From Leucoraja ocellata (Eukaryota), in contig JAWMAR010000059.1 in NCBI GenBank assembly GCA_036785375.1, positions 1,736,001-1,800,000 of the forward strand: a stretch of 64,000 bases of DNA. The letters run 5' to 3'. The position numbers and the translations under genes are program-made. Every line of letters starts with the position of its first letter. The first letter of the stretch is position 1. Below are positions 1-13,566 of this stretch, one piece after another. Under the pieces are notes generated by a model that was given only the letters and a program-made list of their open reading frames with translations, had not been told where the DNA came from and made no database searches.

Positions 1-469
1 AAATCCAGCAGCCAGGCAGAGCACTTTAAAAAAAAAAGAAAGGACATTCTAGGCGCTTGAACACAGTTAGTGCAGATGCAGTCTGAAAGATGGCCGTGTA
101 ATGCAGGTATAGACAACATATCATTCGATTGGAAACCTGCTGGCTTTGAGTAAAAATAGCCACCAAATCAGCATCAGAGGAATAGCATTCATTCATCAAG
201 CTGTAAACTTTCCAGTTATGTGCAATGTGTTTTGTTAGTAGTGAGTATGCCTGACAAAGCCTGGTCGGATGATACTACATCCCACCCAGAAACTAATTTC
301 TTTCAATCACTCACAATCTTAGGTAAATTATTTGAAACATTGTTAAAACAACAACAACAACAACAAAATAGAAGAAGAAAAAGACTTAAAAGGCAGTTGT
401 TGGCTCTGCTGGTTTTGGATGAGATGTGCTCTCCCCACCAGGATCTTTCCTTTGATGGTCCCCTGACGT
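1..469 (-). other. LDB3: 3' UTR of long LDB3 isoforms (probably continues beyond the window)
   Basis: Directly follows the TAA; largely unique sequence; I saw no AATAAA on the minus strand here. Confidence 0.75.
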
Positions 470-559
470 TTAAACGTTAATGGCATGGGCATGCTTCTTG
501 CAGAGTGGCTTGTCCTTTTTGGAATAAAATGGCTGGCCCTCGAGGTTCACATGGCACAC
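470..559 (-). CDS. LDB3: LDB3 last coding exon of long isoforms (end of LIM3)
   Basis: Acceptor tttctcctcag; translates [29 protein letters not shown] then TAA at 470-472; matches the LDB3 C-terminus; phase 0 fits the upstream exon. Confidence 0.96.
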   Translation of the reverse strand: MCHVNLEGQPFYSKKDKPLCKKHAHAINV

Positions 560-828
560 CTGAGGAGAAAATAAAAGGCAAGTTTCAGCATTAAAGATAG
601 ATAGCTCAGCAGGACAGGCAGCAGCATCTCTGGATTGGAGGGAGGGGTGACGTTTTGGGTCGAGACCCTTCTTCAGGACCGACGATCAGGGGAGAGGGAA
701 ACGAGAGATACGGAAGGGTAAGGTGTGAAAACCCAGAGATCAAAGGGGATGAAGATAATCACGGAGGGGGGAGCGACGAGAGAGAATGTGGCGGAACTCT
801 CGGCGGAGAGAGGAGAACTTCTTCAAAG

Positions 829-1067
829 TTTTTGTTTATTAGAAGCAATCGTACAAGAATAAAACATTCGGCATGTAAAATTATACAGTTATCGTACAGA
901 TTCAATTTTGACCTTTTAACCTGAAATTGAAGGAAAAGAAGAGAGAAAGAACAAGGTGAAAAGTGAAAAAATAGAACCCCTAGACTACCAAAGTAGTGTG
1001 GCCAAATGGTGAATAAAGATATAAGAGAGGAAACGATAAGAAAAAAGAAAAAAGTGGAGATATACCT
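829..1067 (-). mobile_element. Short retro-insertion, L1/Tx1-like 3' UTR fragment
   Basis: 14-bp direct repeat gaacttcttcaaag at 815-828 and 1068-1081; the minus strand is T-rich and ends AATAAACAAAAA. Confidence 0.65.
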
Positions 1068-1500
1068 GAACTTCTTCAAAGTAGGCCAGACATGGATCAA
1101 ACTGCTATGGGCCATGAGTCAAGTCAAGAGAGTTTAATTGGCATGTGTATCGAAAACAGAACTAAATTCTCACACACAGCAGCGTAACGGCAATAAACAC
1201 AGTAGAGCTAGAGAGTCATACAGCCCTTCGGCCCAACTTGCCCATGCCGACCATGATACCCTACCTGCACTACTCCCCACCTGTCTGCCATTTGGCCCGT
1301 ATCCTGACAAACCTTTCCTATCCATGTACCTGTCCTAATGTCTTTTACATGTTGCTATAGTGCCTGCTTCAACGACCTCCTCTGGCAACTCGTTCCATGT
1401 ACCCACCCCGTGTCCCTCTGTGTACAATAAGTTGCCCCTCAGGTTCCTATTAATTGTTTCGCCTCTCACGTTAACCCCATGTCCTCTGGTTCTTGACTCC

Positions 1501-1993
1501 ATATAACCATATAACAATTACAGCACGGAAACAGGCCATCTCGGCCCTACAAGTCCGTGCCGAACAACTTTTTTTTCCCTTAGTCCCACCTACCTGCACT
1601 CATACCATAACCATTCCCTTCTCATCCATATGCCTATCCAATTTATTTTTAAATGATACCAATGAACCTGCCTCCACCACTTCCACTGGAAGCTCATTCC
1701 ACACCGCTACCACTCTCTGAGTAAAGAAGTTCCCCCTCATATTACCCCTAAACTTCTGACCCTTAATTCTGAAGTCATGTCCTCTTGTTTGAATCTTCCC
1801 TATTCTCAAAGGGAAAAGCTTGTCCACATCAACTCTGTCTATCCCTCTCATCATTTTAAAGACCTCTATCAAGTCCCCCCTTAACCTTCTGCGTTCCAGA
1901 GAATAAAGACCTAACTTATTCAACCTATCTCTGTAACTTAGTTGTTGAAACCCAGGCAACATTCTAGTAAATCTCCTCTGTACTCTCTCTACT
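1501..1993 (-). mobile_element. CR1-like LINE 3' fragment (young subfamily)
   Basis: RT C-terminus LGLYSLERRRLRGDLIEVFK...TRGH...FFTQRVVAVWNELP; nearly identical to 47074-47624. Confidence 0.88.
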
Positions 1994-2089
1994 CCTCGGA
2001 GAACTCATACATCACAAAATAAACAAAAATCTATAAACGTGAAACCCCGCTATTAGTGCAAAATTGCTCTCGTCATTTGTGGCCATTTG

Positions 2090-2545
2090 TGACTCTTGTG
2101 CCATCACAGTATGGTATGGCAACTGCTCTGTCTCCAACCGGAAGGCATTGCAGAGGGTGGTGAAAATTGCCCAACGCATCACCGGTTCCTCGCTCCCCTC
2201 CATTGAGTCTGTCCAAAGCAAGCGCTGTCTGCGGAGGGCGCTCAGCATCGCCAAGGATTGCTCTCACCCCAACCATGGACTGTTTACCCTCCTACCATCC
2301 AGGAGGTGCTACAGGTCTCTCCGTTGCCGAACGAGCAGGTCCAGGAACAGCTTCTTCCCGGCGGCTGTCACTCTACTCAACAACGTACCTCGGTGACTGC
2401 CAATCACCACCCCCCCCCCGGACACTTATTATTATTTATTCAAATCGTTTGCTATGTCGCTCTTCAAGGGAGATGCTAAATGCATTTTGTTGTCTCTGTA
2501 CTGTACACTGACAATGACAATTAAAATTGAATCTGAATCTGAATC
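2090..2545 (+). mobile_element. Rex1/Babar-type non-LTR retrotransposon 3' fragment
   Basis: ITVWYGNCS...RKALQRVVKIAQRITG...HPNHGLFTLLPS...RTSR..NSFFP; (TGAATC)n tail. Confidence 0.85.
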
Positions 2546-2567
2546 TGGTACAGTTGGTAGTTCATAG

Positions 2568-2750
2568 GTACACAAAAAAGCTGGAGAAACTCAGCGGGTG
2601 CAGCAGCATCTATGGAGCGAAGGAAATAGGCAACGTTTCGGGCCGAAACCCAGAAGGAAATAGGCAACGTTTCGGGCCGAAACGTTGCCTATTTCCTTCG
2701 CTCCATACATGCTGCTGCACCCGCTGAGTTTCTCCAGCTTTTTTGTGTAC
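2568..2750. mobile_element. Penelope-derived palindromic repeat with a central duplication
   Basis: Inverted arms gtacacaaaaaagctggagaaactcagcggg...; the centre gaaggaaataggcaacgtttcgggccgaaac is present twice. Confidence 0.75.
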
Positions 2751-4689
2751 TTTCGATTTTCCAGCATCTGCAGTTCCTTCTTAAACAGATAGTTTAGTTC
2801 GTGTTTGTAGTGCTCAAGAGCCCGATGGTTATTGGGAAGAAGCTGTTCCTCAACCTGGAGGTCATGATTCTCCAACTCTTGTACCTTCTTCCCGATGGTA
2901 GGAGTGAAATGAAAGCACAAGCTGAGGCGACTGCACAAACTGGAATTACAAATACTTCTTTTCGCATTCCTGAGGTACATATACAACTAAAGCCCCTTCC
3001 TACAGCAGACATCACCGTCTGCCCAAGAGGAAGCTGAAGGCTCCCACTCCAGGCCTGAGCATCCACAAAGTGAGCAAAGGCTATCGTTATTTTAGTCGTC
3101 CTTTCCCTGGAGAAGCTCTCCCACCCTCTCGCCCTGCCACACACACAAGATAGAATTCACACATCACTCTCTGTGGAAAAACCTTATCCAAGAGTGCTCA
3201 TAATCCACACTAAAGCTATGGACTATTCGTGAACAAAAACTACATATTACACTAACGTGCAACACATATAGACAATGGACAATAGGTGCAGGAGTAGGCC
3301 ATTCGGCCCTTCGAACCAGCACTGCCATTCAATGTGATCATGGCTGATCATCCCTAATCAGTACCCCGTTCCTGCCTTCTCCCCATATCCGCTGATTTTG
3401 CTTTTTTTAAGAGCCCTATCTAACTCTCTTTTTAAAGCATCCAGAGAACCTGCCTCCACCGCCCTCTGAGGTAGAGACTTCCACAGACTCACAACTCTCA
3501 TTGAGAAAAGGTGTTTCCTCGTCTCCGTTCTAAATGGCTTACCCCTTATTCTTAAAGTCCTCTTCAGGAAAAACTGGGAAATGCCCTGTTTCCCCCCCCC
3601 CAAAAAATAAACTTAATTCAGAATTTTTAATATTTATATCGCAAAAACTGTGCAATAGCCATTTTCACGATTGACACCTTCCTTAGTGTCATGCTCAGTA
3701 GTGTTTTCACCTATTTTAAAATAACAGTATACACATTTGCCTCTGTTTGAGGAGTGGCCCCCACTAAAATCTGCCCCTCAATGTCCAGCAGCGGAGGTTA
3801 ATTGGCTTGGTAAATGTAATAAGTGTCCCTAGTGGGTGTGGGACGGTGTTAGTGTGCGGGGATCGCTGGTCGGCGCGGACCCGGTGGGCCGAAGGGCCTG
3901 TTTCCGCGCTGTATCTCTAAACTAAACTAAAGTATCTTGGCGTTGGCTGCACCGTGCGTCCTTCAGCACGTACTCCTGCAGTCTGGAGTGGGCCAGTCGG
4001 CAACATTCCCCGACAGGCACGTACATATGTCTATCACAAAGATACGTAACGGCAGCAGAATGATTCCTGCCGAAATAATGGCACAACGGAACTGCATTTG
4101 GGGAATGGAGTGCAGTCCACAGCATTACCAAATGTGTGAATAACGCTACCGACCGGGGTGACTTTCCAGCCAACAATGTTTAAACAGACTCCTTTCACTT
4201 CCTTATCTGCTGTGAGCTGGAAATGGGTCGATTATGCATTTTGCATTTTGGGAAGATAAGAAAATAAGTAGCATCCTGTTTATAAACAAAAACCCATGCT
4301 GAAAACCTTAAATCAAAAACAGAAAATGCTGTAGCACGGCAACAAGGTGTTATAAAACTTGTCTCACAGATACGGCCGCGGAGAGATAGAGCATTGAAAC
4401 GGGCACTTCGGCCCATCGTGTTCATGCTGTCCATCTACCACCCACTCACTGATTCAACGATTCACTCCAATGATACGTTATTGTCACACGCACCTAAGCA
4501 CAGTGGATTACTTTGTTTTGCATTCAACCCAGCAAGGTCATACAGCACACCTCACCTCACCTCGACAGTACACAAGAGTCGCCACGTGGCTGGCACCGAC
4601 AATGTTACAAAAGTTCATCAAATGGCCCTATCTTCTACCTGCCGCCATTAGTCTCTACATTATTTCACATTTGTGCCATTTGTTTTTTA

Positions 4690-5380
4690 TTCACATGCAC
4701 ACACTAATACACACACATGTACACACTAATACACACACGCACACATACACACATGTACACACTAATACACATACGCACACATACTCACACANNNNNNNNN
4801 NNNNNNNNNNNNNNNNNNNNNNNNNNNNNNNNNNNNNNNNNNNNNNNNNNNNNNNNNNNNNNNNNNNNNNNNNNNNNNNNNNNNNNNNNNNNNNNNNNNN
4901 NNNNNNNNNNNNNNNNNNNNNNNNNNNNNNNNNNNNNNNNNNNNNNNNNNATACACAAGCACGCACACACACACATGTACACATCAGACACACGCACACA
5001 CAAGCATATANNNNNNNNNNNNNNNNNNNNNNNNNNNNNNNNNNNNNNNNNNNNNNNNNNNNNNNNNNNNNNNNNNNNNNNNNNNNNNNNNNNNNNNNNN
5101 NNNNNNNNNNNNNNNNNNNNNNNNNNNNNNNNNNNNNNNNNNNNNNNNNNNNNNNNNNNNNNNNNNNNNNNNNNNNNNNNNNNNNNNACACGCACACATA
5201 TACACACCATGGACGCACACACATACACACAAGCACACACAAACACGCATGCATATACACACACATACACACACACGCACACATATACACACCATGCACG
5301 CACACGCATACACACAAGCACACACAAACACGCATGCATATACACACACATACACACATGCACGCATACACACATACCAC
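4690..5380. repeat. Degenerate (CA)n microsatellite with two assembly gaps
   Basis: CA/TA-rich tract; N runs at 4792-4950 and 5011-5187. Confidence 0.95.
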
Positions 5381-5471
5381 AAGAGGTCACGAGTGAACCA
5401 GGGTGCCTGGTGCTGTGAGGCACTGGATCTACTATCTACACTGAACCGTACAGTTTATAGGCATTTCATTA

Positions 5472-5651
<180 letters not shown>

Positions 5652-6721
5652 TCACTTCTGTGTTTATCAGCAAGGATAAAAGGACATGAAGCACAAGGAC
5701 AATAAATAGAAAGGAAACAAAAGATAAGTAGCATGCCTCAATTACTCTGCAATGGAGGAGATTGGTGGAAACACTGTACAGTGTTGAACCTCACAAACTC
5801 CACTACATGCACATATACACGCGCCTGTACCAGAGTCACTCGTAAACCAGCTGGGAACAAAGGGGCTGCATATACTGTCCTGGTTTACAGTAGAAGACAC
5901 GGAGTACTGGAATAGCTCAGCGGGTCAGGCAGCATCTCAGACAAGAGTCTCGACCCGAAACGTCACCTATTCCTTTTCTCCACAGATGCTGCCTGACCTG
6001 CTGAGTTACTCCAGCTTTTTGTGTCTATCTTCGGTTTAAACCAGCATCTGCAGTTCATTCCTACACATCTCAGGAAAACGACGTTTCGGGTCAGGACCCT
6101 TCTTCAGACATTGGCCGATGTTAGCTGGTGTTGTGTCTGAATAAGTAACTTCACTGTGGGCTATTGAGTACTCTCTCCGAAGGGCTGTCCAAGTGACAGG
6201 AAGCAGAGAACTCTTGGACTACTACTGATGCTGGAATCTTGCACAAAATACAAGCAGCTGGGGAGGACTCAGCGGGTCAGGCAGCATCTGCAACAGACAG
6301 CCTTTCTTCAGATTGGAGACTTGTGCCAATGGGCAGAAGGGACTCTTGCCACCAGAGCCAAGGGAAAGAAGAGCAGGAAACCAGCAAAGAGGCTTGAATG
6401 GACTTTGTACTTAGTGACCCAGTGCAACAGGATGAATTATGTATTAGTTCACACTTGCAATGAAAGTTAAATTCAGTAAATTATTATATGAATAGTAGAT
6501 CAAACTGTTAGGAAATGTGTAAAAGGGCAAAATGAAAATGAATTTTCCTAGGATTTTATTCCTTGGATCGCAGGGGGATAAGGGGTGATCTTGTCATGTA
6601 TAAGGTCATGAAGGAAATAGATAGGGAAGATGCATAGAGTCTTTTACCCAGAGTAGGGGAATCAAGAACCAGAGACATTGGTTGAAGGTGAGAAGGGAAA
6701 GATTTGGGAATTTAGGTCAGT

Positions 6722-7048
6722 GGGCAGCATGGTGGCACAGCAGTAGAGTTGCTGCCTTACAGCGCTTTCAGCGCCAGAGACGCGGGTTTGATCCAGACTA
6801 CAGGTGCTGTCTGTACGGAGTTTGTACGTTCTCCCCGTGACAGCGTGGGTTTTCTCCAAGATCTTCAGTTTCCTCTCACACTCTAAAGACCTACAGGTTT
6901 GCTGGTTAATTGGCTTGGGATAAATGTAAGTTGTCCTTAGTGTGTGTAGGGTGCTGTTAATGTGCGGGGATCGCTGGTCGGTGTGGACTCCGTGTGCCGA
7001 AGGGCCTGTTTCCACTCTGTATCTCTAAACCAAACTGAACTAAACTAA
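6722..7048 (+). mobile_element. HE1/V-SINE (tRNA-derived)
   Basis: tRNA-like head ggtggcacagcagtagagttgctgcc, V-domain tttgtacgttctccccgtga...ggtttg..ggttaattgg, LINE-like tail gggcctgtttcc..ctgtatctctaaac. More copies near 12346, 21172, 36174, 41826, 50637, 61445, 62741 and 63429. Confidence 0.85.
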
Positions 7049-8509
7049 CGCTTATAGCTACAGAATGGATACAGGCCCTTCAGGTCCACGCCGACCAGCG
7101 ATTCGTGGAAAGGAGAGATATCAACGATGATGTAAAGAGATAAAGAACAATGAATATGCAAAAATAGTAACAGTGATGGAGGGAACAGGCCTTTGTCAGC
7201 TGGTTGTTGTCAAAACCTGGGATAGAAAGAGAGAGAAATGTCACCCATTCTCTCTAGAGATGTTGCCTGTCCCGCTGAGTTACTCCAGCTTTTTGTGTCT
7301 ATCTTCGGTTTAAAGTAACATCTGCTGTTCCTTCCTACACAATTTCGCATAACTACAGCTTTCCATTCAAGGTTTCACCAGGTTGGGGGAACAACGACGA
7401 ATGGAGCCCTGGTAGGAATTCTAGTTCCCTCTGTAGTCTGCAGCAAGACTAAAATGTGTCAGTGACTCCCGGTGGTAGCATTCATAGAAACCATCAGTAA
7501 ATGAGCACATTTCTTTCATTGCTCACTGTCGTGTCCATAGAAACTGCACCCACAATTGCTCACTATCCCGAGGCGACTGAGGCTGAGTCAGGGCTGGCTC
7601 TGTTTTCAGCTATTAGTCCTTCACCAGGATGACAACAAGCACGTGCCTGAACTATCCTGTAAGAACGGTGCTTAAATAAACTTGCAACAGTCCTTTCTTT
7701 AACGTGTGTGGTCACTTGCTCGTTTAAAGAGGGAAAGCAGAACCTGCGACAATGTAGACTGAAAGAACTGCAGACGCCGGATTACAAAAAAAAGACACAG
7801 TGCTGGAGTAACTGGACGAGTCAGGCACTCCTTGTCTGCTGCAGATGCTGCCTGAACTGCTGAGTCACTCCAGAACCTATTAAACTGGGCTGTATCCCAT
7901 CTCCAGCAGGCTCCCAACCTGAAACATCACCTATCCATGTTCTCCAGAGATGCTGCCTGACCCGCTGAGTAACTCCAGCACTTTGTGTCCTCTATTTCCA
8001 GTCACTCTCAGCTTGTGCAGGATGTGTTTCCACTACGTTCCAGATGAAACTGCGGAGGACGATTGCCAACAAGGGGCTTGGCACCAACCCCCTACAGGAG
8101 TTGCTGATGACAAAAAGGGGGAGTTGCAGTGAGTTTGAGTTTAGTTTCGTTTATTGTCACGTGCACCGAGGTACAGTGAAAAGCTTTTGTTGTGTGCTAA
8201 CCAGTCAGCGGAAAGACAGTACATGATTACAATCAAGCTGTCCAGGTAAACAGAAATGAATGGTTTAATATGTATGGAGTTTGTACGTGCTCCCCGTGAC
8301 CACGTGGATTTTCTCCGAGATCTTTGTTTTCCTCCCACATTCCCAAGACGTACATATTTGTAAGTTATTTGGCTTGGTATAAATGGCAAATGTCCCTTGT
8401 GTGTGTAGGATAGTGTTAGTGTGCGTGGATCGCTGGTCGGCGCCAATCTGGTGATCCGAGGGGCCTGGTTCCGCGCTGTACCTCCAAACTAAACTAGACT
8501 GTTATGTTA

Positions 8510-8677
<168 letters not shown>

Positions 8678-9674
8678 TTATTAAACTGCGGATGCTGCTG
8701 CTCCAGTGAATCTGGCATCGTAAATATCACAAATATATTGACTCAGTTAATATTTTACCCAGTGCTTTTATTGTGACGGCACGCACCACTGCGGCACACT
8801 GACACCTCTAAGAAGTTAAAAACTAGTGGCACCACTAAAAAAATAAAAGCTAGATTGATGTACAACAGCCAACAGCGTCGGGCGACAATTGTATGTGTAC
8901 CAGCAACTTGTTGCTCACAAAAACAGCACTGACTTTGCACAAACGCAAGCATTCCCGCATCGAGGAATTATAATGCCTGGCTGATTTATAGGGATGCAAG
9001 GTTATAGATCAGAGTAAAATGGAACCAAATGTTGGTGTGAAAACTGACCGACACCAAGAACTTCTGTAGCAGGGAACTGCAGGTGTTGGTTTATCCCAAA
9101 GACAGGCACAAAGTGCTGGAGTAACTCAGCGGGTCAGGCAGCATCTCTGGAGAAAAGCAATAGGTGACGTTTCAGGTCGCGACCCTTCTTCAGACTGAAG
9201 AAAGGTTCCAACCCAAAACGTCACCCGTCCATTTTCTCCAGAGATGCTGCCTCTGAGATACTCCAGCACTTTGTGTCTATCTGTGTCAAGAACTAATTGG
9301 AGTTGACAGAAAGTGGGAAGATGTTGCATTGTTTGGGTCACTATTACTGAATTATTTAAACCAGATGAAGGATTGTGGTGTGGTCATTGGACAATTGGCA
9401 GAGGGTAAAGCATGATGAAGATGGGGAAAGGAATGAATTCAGTTTCCCAATTCTGGTCAATACCCGAATGGACGTATAGCTGGAGTAAAGGACATACTGT
9501 GTTGCCTTCTGTGCCTCCTGGGATGTTTCGAACTTGCTGTACTCACTGCCCCTGTTTATAGATGGAGGACTAGTTGGTAGTCGGCGAGTCAGTATCTGCC
9601 ACACCTCTCAAACAGTGGAATTATACAAAGATTTAATGAATGGGTACGTTTCTCCTGGATTTCCCAGCCACATA

Positions 9675-10535
9675 TTCAAAGTAGGTAGGCGGCGCGGCTC
9701 TGGCCAGCAGCGGCCTCTGCAGTCTGTCCGCGTTTTTATTATTTTCTGTCTGTGTTTTAATGTAGTTTTTGTTATTTTTTGTTGGGGTGTGTGTGTTGGG
9801 GGGGTGGGGGTGGGGTGGGAGGGGGGGGGGAAACTTTTTAAATCTCTCCCTGCACTGGAGACCCGACCTTTTCTCGTCGGGTTTCCATTGTCGTTGAGGC
9901 TGCAATGAGGAGCGGCCTCCAACAGGAGAAGCCGGGGACTCTGGTGCTACTCACCGTCGCCGTCGCGGGGCTGGCCGAGTCCGGAGCGGTGGAGGAGCGC
10001 TGCTGCTGCTGCTGCTGCTGCTGAGTCGGAGGCTGCTGCTGCGGGTCTACGGACAGCGGCGCCGGGAGCCCGCGGCTCCCTGGAGAGAGACCGCTTTTCG
10101 GGGCTTCTGCAACGGCGAATTCTCCCGCCCGAGTGCGGGGTCGAAGAGCTCCTGGAGCGGGGCCTAACATCATTGCCCCGCGCGGCTGGAACGGCCGCGG
10201 GACTTTACGAGCACACGCCGGGGGCTCCAACACCAAGACCCGGTGTGCGACCTCGCACCACCCGGCATGGCTTTAATGGCCGCGGGACAATCGCCATCGC
10301 CAGCCGGGGGCTTTGACTTTGACTCTGACATCGGGGGGGGGGGGGGAGAGTGCAGTGGAGAGATAAGTTTTTTTTGGCCTTCCATCACAGCTATGTGATG
10401 GATGTTTATGTAAAATGTAATTATGTTGTGTCTGGGTCTATTTGTGTGTAATGTATGGCTGCAGAAACGGCATTTCGTTTGGACCTCTAGGGGTCCAAAT
10501 GACAATTAAATTGACTCTTGACTCTTGACTCTTGA
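9675..10535 (+). mobile_element. GC/CpG-rich non-autonomous retroelement with (GACTCTT)n tail
   Basis: Flanked by cacata at 9669-9674 and 10536-10541; 3' end atttcgttt...aaatgacaattaaa resembles the Rex1-type tails in this window; internal (CTG)n. Confidence 0.6.
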
Positions 10536-10605
10536 CACATAAAGAACGATGAGCATTCAAGGGATCTGCTGCCGGTTTTGGGACGTCATTCATTGAGCAT
10601 CAGAG

Positions 10606-11460
10606 TCAAATATCCATTGACTTGTCCTCCACAGCCTTCTGTGACAATGGAGTCCACAGATTCACCACCCTCTGACTAAAGAATTTCCTCCTCATCTCCT
10701 TTAGACAACAGACAATAGACAATAAGTGCAGGAGTAGGCCATTCGGCCCTTCGAGCCAGCACCGCCAGTCAATGTGATCATGGCTGATCAATCCCAATCA
10801 GTACCCCGTTCCTGCCTTCTCCCCATATCCCCTCACTCCACCATTTTTAAGAGCCCTATCTATCTCTCTCTTGAAAGTATCCAGAGAACCGACCTCCACC
10901 GCCCTCTGAGGCAGAGAATTCCACAGGCTCACAACTCTCCGTGAGAAAAAGTGTTTCCTCGTCTCCGTTCTAAATGGCTTACCCATTATTCTTAAACTGT
11001 GGCCCCAGGTTCTGGACTCCCCCAACATCGGGAACATCTTTCCTGCCTCTAGCAATCCCAAACCCTTAACAATCTTATATGTTTCAATAAGATCCCATCT
11101 CATCCTTCTAAACTCCAGAGTGTACAAGCCCAGCCATTCCATTCTCTCAGCATATGACAGTCCCGCCATCCCGGGAATTAACCTTGTAAACCTACGCTGC
11201 ACTTACCCCCTTTCTAAAGGTACGTCCCTTTATTCTGAGGCTGTGTCATTTAGTCCGAGCCTTTCTCTTTTTTTTTAAATTTCAAATAGTCCGAAACTTT
11301 CTCACTAGTGGAAACATTCTTCCCACATCCACTCTATCCAGGCCTTTCACTATTCAGTAAGTTTCAATGAGTTTCCCCCTTATCCTTCTAAACTAGAGCG
11401 AGTAAAGGCCCAGAGCAGACAAAAGCTCATCATATGTTTACCCAATCATTTCTGGGATCA
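10606..11460 (-). mobile_element. CR1-like LINE fragments, with a younger copy (about 10703-11202) nested in an older one
   Basis: ORF 10798-11202 RRFTRLIPGMAGLSYAERM...FFSRRVVSLWNSLP with an (ATTGTCT)n-like tail interrupts a diverged CR1 fragment. Confidence 0.82.
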
Positions 11461-11680
11461 TTCTTGTAAGTATTATCTTGAGTCCCTACATGAAGAGTAC
11501 ATTCATTGTTATCTTTTGCTTCTAAAAATGCATGTGACATAAACTATGTAGATTCTACAGCAAGCGAATCACAGTGTATTTCAGAACGGCATCCTGTGGA
11601 TGAGTGGGTGGTTGGTGCTAGATCAGTGCTGCCACCTACCTGTCTGCTGGCAGTACTGTTGGCTCCAGGCCTTCACTTAC

Positions 11681-11861
11681 CCCCATAATCTTTGCATTGC
11701 ACTTGGCACAATTTGGAGCGAAGAACTGCTCGTAGCATTTCTCACAGTAAATATTGTTCTGCTCCTCCACAAAGCCATGGTCAACCAGGGAGACCTTGCA
11801 GTAAGTGCAGTTAAACTCCTCCGGGTGCCAGGAGCGGCCCAAAGCAACAAGGAAAGGACCC
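11681..11861 (-). CDS. LDB3: LDB3 exon, LIM1 to start of LIM2
   Basis: tgtttccag / gtaagt boundaries, 181 nt, phase 2 to 0; (R)[60 protein letters not shown]. Confidence 0.96.
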
Positions 11862-13566
11862 CTGGAAACAGAAGGAGAGACGTCTTGTAGAGTCACATGT
11901 GGAAGAGAATTGAATTGAATACTTTATTGCCACATGTGACAAACCACAGTGAAATGTTGTGCTTGCGTACCGAAGGTATGCAAATAGTCGCCCATAATGG
12001 GCGCTTACATAGTTACATATTCCACACACCCCCCCCCCGCCCGCGCAAGTTCCCCCTTTGTTCTCTCCCTCCCCCCCCCTCACGCCGGATCCCCCATTTG
12101 TTCCATCCCTCAGCAGTGGCGTCCTCACTTCCTCGTGGTCCATCCTCGTCCGCCATCATCGCCCACCGCACCCGACCTGTCCGCTATCGCCACCGTGGCG
12201 CCGACCCAGGCCCCAGTCACGGGCTCCACAGACCCAGGGGTCGTTGGCCACGGGCCGTGAGGCTCCGGCCTCAGCATCACCTCCACAAGGCATCTGCCAT
12301 GGCGGCATCTCCGGAAGTCGGCAACACTGCTCTTCAACTAGTGAGAGGCACGGTGGTGCAGCGGTAGAGTTGCTACCTTACAGTGCCAGAGAGTCGGGTT
12401 CAACCCTGACTACGGGTGCTGTCTGTATGGAGTTTGTAATCTCTCCCTGTGACCGCGTGGGTTCTCCCCGGTGCTCTAGTTTCCTTCCACACTTCAAAGA
12501 TGTACAGGTTTGTAGGTTAATTGGCTTTGGTTGTAAATTGTCCCTAGTGTGTAGGATAGTGTTAGTGTACGGGGATCGCTGGTCACTACTGACAAGGTGG
12601 GCCATAGGGCCTGTTTCTCTGAACTAAACTACCACATCCCTCCAAACCAACTATCATTTCACTCTGTGTTCTACAACCAATAATCCTGCAACAGCTTTCC
12701 CAACAATAAATTGCCTACCTCTTGAGGTGGGAGATGTAACCTTCACGTGGTACGCCCTGTTTCAACAAATGGAATCAACCTGGCTTACACAATCAAATAA
12801 GGTCAAATAGAACAAGTTGTCCCACAACTTTTGGCTGGGCACACCATACACAAGAAGAAGAAGCACTCTTTAAATTTGTTCCAACAATTAGTTTGGTCAT
12901 CATTCCAGAATACTATTTTCCTCTGCTATAGGATTGTTGCCAACATTTCCACTTGGCTTTTGAGATTTGAATTTTCAACTCTTCTTGAATCCTGAATCAT
13001 ATAGAAACTGTTGACCACTGTAGAGGGCAGGAGAGGCCAGATTCGCAACACAACTTCCCAACTCAGCGTGTTACGGTGGTGCAGCGGAAGAGTTGCTGCC
13101 TTACAGCACCAGAGACCCGGGTTCGATCCGGACTACGGATGCTGTCTGTATGGAGTTTGTACATTCTCTTCGTGGCCGCATGGGTTTTCTCCGGGTGCTC
13201 CGGTTCAGCGCGGAAACAGGCTCTTCGGCCCACCTAGTCCATGCCGATCAGTGATCCCCGTACACTAACACTATCCTGCAAGCTAAGAACAATTTACAAA
13301 TTTACCGAAGAAAATTAACCTACAAACCAGCATGTCTTTGGAGTGTGGGGGCAACCGGAACACCCGGAGGAAACCCACACGGTCACAAGGAGAACGTGCA
13401 AACTCCACACAGACAGTACCTGAGGATTGGATGGAGCATGGATCTCAGGTGCAATGAGGCAGCAACTCTACTGCTGCGCTGCACTTCCTCATTGTTCCAC
13501 CTGGTGGCACTACACGTCAATCAACACCCGCGCCCATGGCCGGTCCTGGTGGAATCGATAGCGTAC

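Noticed and set aside
4470-5423. His/Thr- and Cys/Val-rich ORFs (also 62052-62681)
   Set aside because: Translations of (CA)n microsatellites and N gaps.
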